Shown here piece after piece: positions 58,753-64,000 of a DNA stretch of 64,000 bases. The notes below the pieces were generated by a model. The model searched no databases. It was given only the letters and a program-made list of their open reading frames with translations, and was not told the origin of the DNA. A program made the translations under genes and the position numbers. Numbering within the stretch: position 1 is the stretch's first letter; every line of letters begins with the position of its first letter. Origin of the DNA: an uncultured delta proteobacterium (GTDB taxonomy: Bacteria; Myxococcota_A; Polyangia; Polyangiales; B10-G4); assembly GCA_963727445.1 (NCBI GenBank), contig CAVSGI010000010.1, forward strand, positions 1,440,001 to 1,504,000, in the 5' to 3' direction.

Positions 58753-59691
58753 CTAGTCGTCGAAGTGGGCCGCTGTTTGGGGACGGCGATCGACCTCGAA
58801 GCTGAAGACGTCGGGTCTGTTGTAATGGCCGGCGACATCGAGGCTGCGGCGCGATGCGCGCGCTCGATCGGCGTCCACCTCCGCGTAGAGGATGCCCGGC
58901 TCTCCGTCGAGAGGGCCGGCGATGATCCTGCCCCCCGGCTCTGCGACCAGGCTCATCCCGCGGTTGATTCGCTCGTCCGGGTCGGCGAAGAGCTGGTCGC
59001 GCCCCGGAAACCCGCTGGGGACGTCGGATCCGCGCATCGCGCTACAGCAACTGGCCACGTAGCAGCGGCCCTCCCGCGCGATGTGCTGCATCGTGCCGAC
59101 CCAACCGTCGCTGCTGTCCCAGGTCGGCGCGAGGTAGAGATCGATGCCCTGGGCGTACAGGGCCATGCGCGCGAGGGGCATGAAGTTTTCCCAGCAGATG
59201 AGCGAGCCGACGCGCCCTACAGGTGTCTGAACTACGCGAAGGCCCCGCGCATCGCCGAAGCCCCAGACCATCCGCTCGGGATTGGTGGGCATGAGCTTGC
59301 GATGGACGTTGGCGATCGCGCCGTCGTTCTCGATGTGCACGTAGCTGTTGAAGAGCGTCGAGCGACTCTGGGCAGAGTCGATCTCGTCGATGCCGACGAG
59401 GATGTCGACGCCGTGCTTCTCGGCGACGGCCGTGAGTGGTCGCAGGTGACCGGCCGTGAGGTCGACGGCGCTCTTCAGCATCCACGCGTGGATCTCGTTG
59501 GACAGGCCCATGTCGCCGCCGGGACGCAGGCGCCACGCGTAGGTGGGATATCCGGGAACGTATGCCTCGGGGAAGACCACCAGCGCCGCGCCACCAGCGA
59601 CGGCCTCCTCGGCGAGGGAAGCGGCGCGGTCGAGGGTGGCGTCGCGATCTCCGAGAACGGAAGGATGTTGGACGAGCGCGATCTTCGGCAT
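58753..59691 (-). CDS. Nitrilase (carbon-nitrogen hydrolase family)
   Basis: Triad FPEAYVPGYP / HRKLMPT / ICWENFMP; DVAGHYNRPDVF. Confidence 0.93.
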   Translation of the reverse strand: MPKIALVQHPSVLGDRDATLDRAASLAEEAVAGGAALVVFPEAYVPGYPTYAWRLRPGGDMGLSNEIHAWMLKSAVDLTAGHLRPLTAVAEKHGVDILVGIDEIDSAQSRSTLFNSYVHIENDGAIANVHRKLMPTNPERMVWGFGDARGLRVVQTPVGRVGSLICWENFMPLARMALYAQGIDLYLAPTWDSSDGWVGTMQHIAREGRCYVASCCSAMRGSDVPSGFPGRDQLFADPDERINRGMSLVAEPGGRIIAGPLDGEPGILYAEVDADRARASRRSLDVAGHYNRPDVFSFEVDRRPQTAAHFDD

Positions 59692-59733
59692 GCCGCCTTC
59701 TACCATGGGTGACGGAACCCGTATCCTCTGGTC

Positions 59734-60249
59734 GTGAGCCGCGGTTCCTATCGCTTGTTGGCGCTCCTCACGCTGCCCCTGCCGCTGCTGGCGGCCCACC
59801 TGAGCTACGACGCGATCCCCGAATGGCTCCCCGAGGACGTGCTCGTGCCCGCGGCGCTCCTTCGTATTCTCGGGTACCTGCTTCTGGTGCTGCTCTTCGT
59901 GTTGATCTGGGCCTCTCTTCTGGCGCCGCTACGCCGGCGCGCGGGCTTCAGGACGTTGGCGGAGCAGCTTTCCGACCGCAATCTCTCGACGGCGGTCGCC
60001 CGAGCGCAGGTGGCGCAGAAGGAGCGCGCCTCATCGAGCGATCCGAAGGTGCGCGCAGAGCATCACTTCACCTTCGCGCTGGTCAGCGGCCTGATGGGGA
60101 TCGCTGCCGTGGGGATCGGATATGCGCTGTGGCAGGAGGGCTACGTGATGGCCTTCGCCATCGCCGGAATCCTCGTGTGCCCGCCGCTCGCTCTCTACCA
60201 CGGCGTCCAGTGGCTGAGGGCGCTCAGTGCTTCACGACCCCGCTCATGA
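59734..60249 (+). CDS. Hypothetical membrane protein (about 4 TM)
   Basis: Four hydrophobic segments; fills the gap between flanking genes. Confidence 0.6.
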   Translation: MSRGSYRLLALLTLPLPLLAAHLSYDAIPEWLPEDVLVPAALLRILGYLLLVLLFVLIWASLLAPLRRRAGFRTLAEQLSDRNLSTAVARAQVAQKERASSSDPKVRAEHHFTFALVSGLMGIAAVGIGYALWQEGYVMAFAIAGILVCPPLALYHGVQWLRALSASRPRS

Positions 60250-60577
60250 ATGCGGCGACGAGCGGGATCATCCACACGATGATCAACGACAGAAGCGTGG
60301 TGTCGAGCCGCCCGAGACGACGCGCGAGCGCGTGGGCGACCGGACGCGCTTCTTGGGGCGCCGACGCTCGGTGCTGGACGCCGAGCTCGTTCGCTACCGC
60401 GACCCGGAGCACCGCGAGGGATAGAAGCGCGATCGCGCCCGCGACCAGCAGCCAGGTCCAGATGCTGGCTGCAGCCGCCCCGAGCGCGAAGACGCTCGTC
60501 GTGACGGACCAGAGGATGAATGCGATGGCGATGTAGACGGGGGCGCTCATCACCTTGTTGTCGAGGGATCGTTGCAT
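60224..60577 (-). CDS. Hypothetical small membrane protein (start 60577 or 60550)
   Basis: Three hydrophobic segments; non-shadow amino-acid composition. Confidence 0.5.
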   Translation of the reverse strand: MQRSLDNKVMSAPVYIAIAFILWSVTTSVFALGAAAASIWTWLLVAGAIALLSLAVLRVAVANELGVQHRASAPQEARPVAHALARRLGRLDTTLLSLIIVWMIPLVAAFMSGVVKH

Positions 60578-60810
60578 CGTGAGCGCGCCCTCCAGCAATC
60601 CACGTGCCCTCGCGAGTCGCAAAATGCGCGTGCTTCGATCTCGCCGGAACTTTCAACGGGCTCGTGGCGAGAAGAGCAGCGATGCCGCGCCTCGCGGTCG
60701 GGTGTGCATGTCGCGGACGTTCACGAATAGCGGCGCGCTACACGACGAAAAGCGAACCCACGTTCACGCGACTATCTGGCGCGGAGCACCACTCGTTCCG
60801 CCACCTCCTA

Positions 60811-61033
60811 GGGGACGCTAGATTGACAATTGACTTCCGCCTTCTGCAAGGCGCGTTGATCTTCCAGAATCCGGGGTGGCGGAAGTCAATTGTCAACCTA
60901 GCGTCCCCGCACTTCGAGGCTCACGACACGGGGCCCAGGGGACGCTAGGTTGACAATTGACTTTCGCCTTCTGCAAGGGGTCGGCCTTCCTGAATCCGGA
61001 GGGGCGAAAGTCAATTGTCAATCTAGCGTCCCC
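60811..61033. repeat. Two tandem ~97-bp elements with 31-bp terminal inverted repeats (REPIN/MITE-like)
   Basis: GGGGACGCTAGRTTGACAATTGACTTYCGCC at 60811 and 60938, near-perfect reverse complements at 60878-60908 and 61003-61033. Confidence 0.9.
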
Positions 61034-61176
61034 TCTGTCGCCCCCTCTGTCGAGCAAGGGCGGTGCCGAGAATTAATCGCCGAGATCGTTTCGGATCCGG
61101 GTGTGCGGACACGCAACGTTTGCTCGTTCACGCATCCTCGCTGGCCCGTCGCCGGCCGTGCGCTACGGTGCCCGCG

Positions 61177-62193
61177 ATGCGCCTCGCGGTGATCTCTCTG
61201 ACTCTGCTCTGGGCCTGTGGTGGTGACTCGGAACCCGACCCAGCCACGGATGCGAGCACGACGACCGACACGTCGGTCTCGGCGGATGGCGGCGCAGGTG
61301 CGTCGGATGGCGCGCCGTCCGACGGAAGCGCGGCCGACGCCGGCGATGCGTCGGTGACCGATGCGGCCGTGGACACCACGCCCGCGCCCACGTGCAGCTC
61401 GGACCTCGCACCCGGCGCAAGCACCGAGACCATCGACTTCGACGGGCAGACGCGAACGTACAACCTGATGATCCCGACGGCGCACGATGGGACCACTCCG
61501 CTACCGCTGGTCTTCGACATCCACGGCTACACCGAAAGCGCCGAACGCGAGGAGTCGCGCAGCCACATGCAGGAGCTCGGCGAGGCCGAAGGCTTCATCG
61601 TGGTGCAACCCGAGGGCAGCGGTATCCTGCAATCCTGGAACGCGGGGCTCTGCTGCGGAACGGCCGAGGCCGAAGGCATCGACGACGTCGGCCTCATCCG
61701 CGCCATCGCCTCGGACGTCGCGTCGCGCGCCTGCGTGGACCTCGCCCGCGTCTACGCGACCGGCCTGTCGAACGGCGGCTTCCTCTCACACCGCCTCGCC
61801 TGCGAGGCCTCCGACCTGTTCGCCGCCGTGGCGCCGGTGGCCGCCGTCCTCGGCGTGCCGATGGAGACCTGCACACCGGACCACGGCGTCGGCGTGATGG
61901 AGGTCAACGGCACCAGCGACCCGCTCGTTCCCTACGACGGGAACGCCTTCCTCGGCTATCCGAGCGCCATGGCCACCATCGACCACTGGCTCGACCAGAA
62001 CGACTGCACGATGGGTCCCGACGAGACCCTCGCCGTGCGACGCGCCACCTGCCAGACCTGGTCCGGCTGCCGCGACGACGTGAACGTGGTCCTGTGCACC
62101 ATCGAGCGCGGCGGACACGAGTGGCCGCCGGATTCATCCGGCCTGTCCACCAGCGCCGAGATCTGGCGCTTCTTTCAGCGCCACTCGCGCTGA
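61177..62193 (+). CDS. PHB depolymerase / LpqC-type esterase lipoprotein
   Basis: LWAC lipobox; PLVFDIHG, SWNAGLCCG, DDVGLI, TGLSNGG, GTSDPLVPY, GGHEWP. Confidence 0.9.
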   Translation: MRLAVISLTLLWACGGDSEPDPATDASTTTDTSVSADGGAGASDGAPSDGSAADAGDASVTDAAVDTTPAPTCSSDLAPGASTETIDFDGQTRTYNLMIPTAHDGTTPLPLVFDIHGYTESAEREESRSHMQELGEAEGFIVVQPEGSGILQSWNAGLCCGTAEAEGIDDVGLIRAIASDVASRACVDLARVYATGLSNGGFLSHRLACEASDLFAAVAPVAAVLGVPMETCTPDHGVGVMEVNGTSDPLVPYDGNAFLGYPSAMATIDHWLDQNDCTMGPDETLAVRRATCQTWSGCRDDVNVVLCTIERGGHEWPPDSSGLSTSAEIWRFFQRHSR

Positions 62194-62203
62194 GCGCTGC
62201 GCC

Positions 62204-64000
62204 TCACATCGGCGGCTCGGGCGCGGATTCACCCTGCACGGGAACGGGGAGCGTGGTCGAGTCGAGGTTGGTCCCGTTGTCGTGGAACGTGACGCCCTCG
62301 TTCACGCGGTCGAGCGCGTATCCGTCCACCTGGATGCAGACGCCGATCGCGCAGCCGCTGACATCGCCGAAGGCGAGATCGAGCTCGGAGCCTTCGGCCA
62401 CCAGTGCGCCGCAGAGATCCGCGTCTTCCACCACGAAGCGGCGCACGTTCGTGGCGCCGCCGAGCCCGGCCACGATGGCGGTCCCGCCGCCTTCTGCTGC
62501 GCATCCCGACGCAGCGCACACTGCAGGCCGCGTTCGTGCGAGCCTGATCTCGCTTCCTTCGAAGGTCGCGCCTGCGCCCAATGCGCCGATGGCGTAATCG
62601 CGGGTGTCCTCCACCACCAGACGGGTGACCATCGCCGAGCCTCCGTCGTCCACCTCGATGCCGCGGCCGTACTTGCCGAGCGCCTCCTGTCCGGTGACGC
62701 CGCGGATCGCCACGTCTTCTGCGACCAGCGAGGACCCGAAGACGATGATCCCGAAGTCGCGGCTGTTCGAGAGCGTGGCGCGCGCGAGCGTGAGCGACGC
62801 GCCCCCTTCGATGCCGATGGACCGGCCGAAGAAGCCGCTCACGGCGTCGGCTTCCGTGTCGATCACCACGATGTCCTGCGCGTCGACCATCGCACCGGTG
62901 GAGACGAAGAGCCCGACGGCGCGGCTCCGCGCTATGTAGGTGCGAACGATGTCTGCGGTGGCGCTCTCGCGAACGATGATGCCGTTGCCGAAGCTTCCGA
63001 TGGCGGGATCGCCGAGGGTGTCGCGTACCACGGCGTCGGCGAGGGTGAGCCGGGCGCCTTCCCCGCTCGCGAAGATCGCCGTCGCGCCGCTGCGCTCCAC
63101 CAGGAGCTGAGAGAGCTCCGCCCGCGCGCCGGACTGGATGTTGATCGCGCGGCCGCGCATTCCGTCGGAATCGCGCGGCCCGGAGTCGCGGATCACCAAC
63201 TGCGAGGCGTGGACGAAGGTGTCGGCGCCGGTGAGAGCCAACGTGACGTCGCGGTTGTCCTCGAAGATCACGCGCTGGATGTCGACCGACGCGCCGTCGC
63301 CGGCCTCGAGGGCGCGTCCGCCGAGGCCGTCCGTCGGCTGGCTCCGCGTGCCCCGCACGGCCACGTCGGCGAGGGTCAGGGTCGTCCCAGCGCCGCCCGC
63401 GTAGAGCCCGAGGTCGAGGTTGTCCTCGATGACCGCGCGCGTGACGGTCGCCTCGCCGTCGCTCACGTTGATGCCTCGTCCGTACTGGCCGTCGGTGGTG
63501 GCCGCTGTGTTGCGCACCACCAGCGCGTGAGCGTCGAGGATGCCACCTCCGTCGATGTAGATGCCGGTGATCGTCGCGCCGTCGACCACCACGCCTTCGA
63601 GGGTCAGCTCGGCGTTTCGCCCCACGTGAACGCCGAAGCGGGGGCTCGCCCCGATGGTCACGTTCTTGATGGTGACGGCGCCGGGCCCGGTGTCGACCAC
63701 GCCCTCCGTGGTGCTGGGCGCGCTCACGGTGAGCACCGTCGCCTCCGCACAAGCGCCCCAAAGTGTCACGCCCGCGCGCGGCCGGACCACCTCGTCGTAG
63801 GTGCCGCGCCCCACCGCGACCACGTCGCCGTCGCCCGCGACCGCGAGCGCGGCCGAGATGGTGTCGAAGGGAGTGGTGACGCTGCCGTCACCGCCCGCCG
63901 CCGCGGAGGCCAGGACGTAGAAGACGCGGCCAGTGAGCGGAAGATCGTCGGCGTAGTCACCGGAAGGACACGCGCCGCCGACCGTCGTGCAGAGCTCCTC
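62204..64000 (-). CDS. Right-handed beta-helix repeat protein, 5' end outside the window
   Basis: Frame is open to the window edge (…GDGSVTTPFDTISAALAVAGDGDVVAVGRGTY); ~60-aa repeats GRxIxxxxGA. Confidence 0.85.
   Translation of the reverse strand, partial: EELCTTVGGACPSGDYADDLPLTGRVFYVLASAAAGGDGSVTTPFDTISAALAVAGDGDVVAVGRGTYDEVVRPRAGVTLWGACAEATVLTVSAPSTTEGVVDTGPGAVTIKNVTIGASPRFGVHVGRNAELTLEGVVVDGATITGIYIDGGGILDAHALVVRNTAATTDGQYGRGINVSDGEATVTRAVIEDNLDLGLYAGGAGTTLTLADVAVRGTRSQPTDGLGGRALEAGDGASVDIQRVIFEDNRDVTLALTGADTFVHASQLVIRDSGPRDSDGMRGRAINIQSGARAELSQLLVERSGATAIFASGEGARLTLADAVVRDTLGDPAIGSFGNGIIVRESATADIVRTYIARSRAVGLFVSTGAMVDAQDIVVIDTEADAVSGFFGRSIGIEGGASLTLARATLSNSRDFGIIVFGSSLVAEDVAIRGVTGQEALGKYGRGIEVDDGGSAMVTRLVVEDTRDYAIGALGAGATFEGSEIRLARTRPAVCAASGCAAEGGGTAIVAGLGGATNVRRFVVEDADLCGALVAEGSELDLAFGDVSGCAIGVCIQVDGYALDRVNEGVTFHDNGTNLDSTTLPVPVQGESAPEPPM

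Noticed and set aside
60811..61033. Possible CRISPR array (31-bp repeats with ~30-36-nt spacers)
   Set aside because: Repeats alternate in orientation, two of the three spacers are homologous to each other, and no cas genes are present
60604..61192. Short ORFs (60604-60948, 60950-61192) with repeated TIDFRLLQG
   Set aside because: Translations of the inverted-repeat elements; no SD or coding bias

Overview
Very GC-rich, gene-dense bacterial DNA whose gene content (MYXO-CTERM sorting tail, many Cys-rich lipoproteins with Asp/Gly/Thr linkers, eukaryotic-like Ser/Thr kinases, DUF1592/DUF1552 pair) points to Myxococcota, probably Polyangiales/Sandaracinaceae-like (inference). About 53 CDS; no rRNA, tRNA, CRISPR array or transposase was seen. 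Recognisable modules: a beta-propeller-VIT-vWA gene plus propeller partner, a TPR-DUF3857-transglutaminase protein, thioredoxin/TauE/DUF1634, a purine-catabolism operon (puuD-allB-alc-uraD), GH92, a multiheme cytochrome c at the end of a co-directional run of surface proteins, LysR/NAD(P)-binding pair, PAS hybrid kinase, M15 peptidase, plant/chlamydial-type FabI, tandem SulP transporters, nitrilase and a PHB-depolymerase-type esterase. Best candidate for an undescribed system: a small signal-peptide-bearing leader ORF ending in ERPPRA (58405-58728, minus) whose F-E-R-P-P codons are complementary to the Shine-Dalgarno region of the downstream tandem SulP operon, the architecture of a ribosome-arrest translational attenuator. 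Other highlights: a Hedgehog-like Cys-rich/Hint lipoprotein with a Hint-less paralogue, a tandem pair of long-hairpin REPIN/MITE-like elements with a compensatory change, and a GDP motif after a VIT-vWA module. Three genes carry single-base insertions that are most likely sequencing errors. All family calls are from motif recognition by eye, not from database searches.
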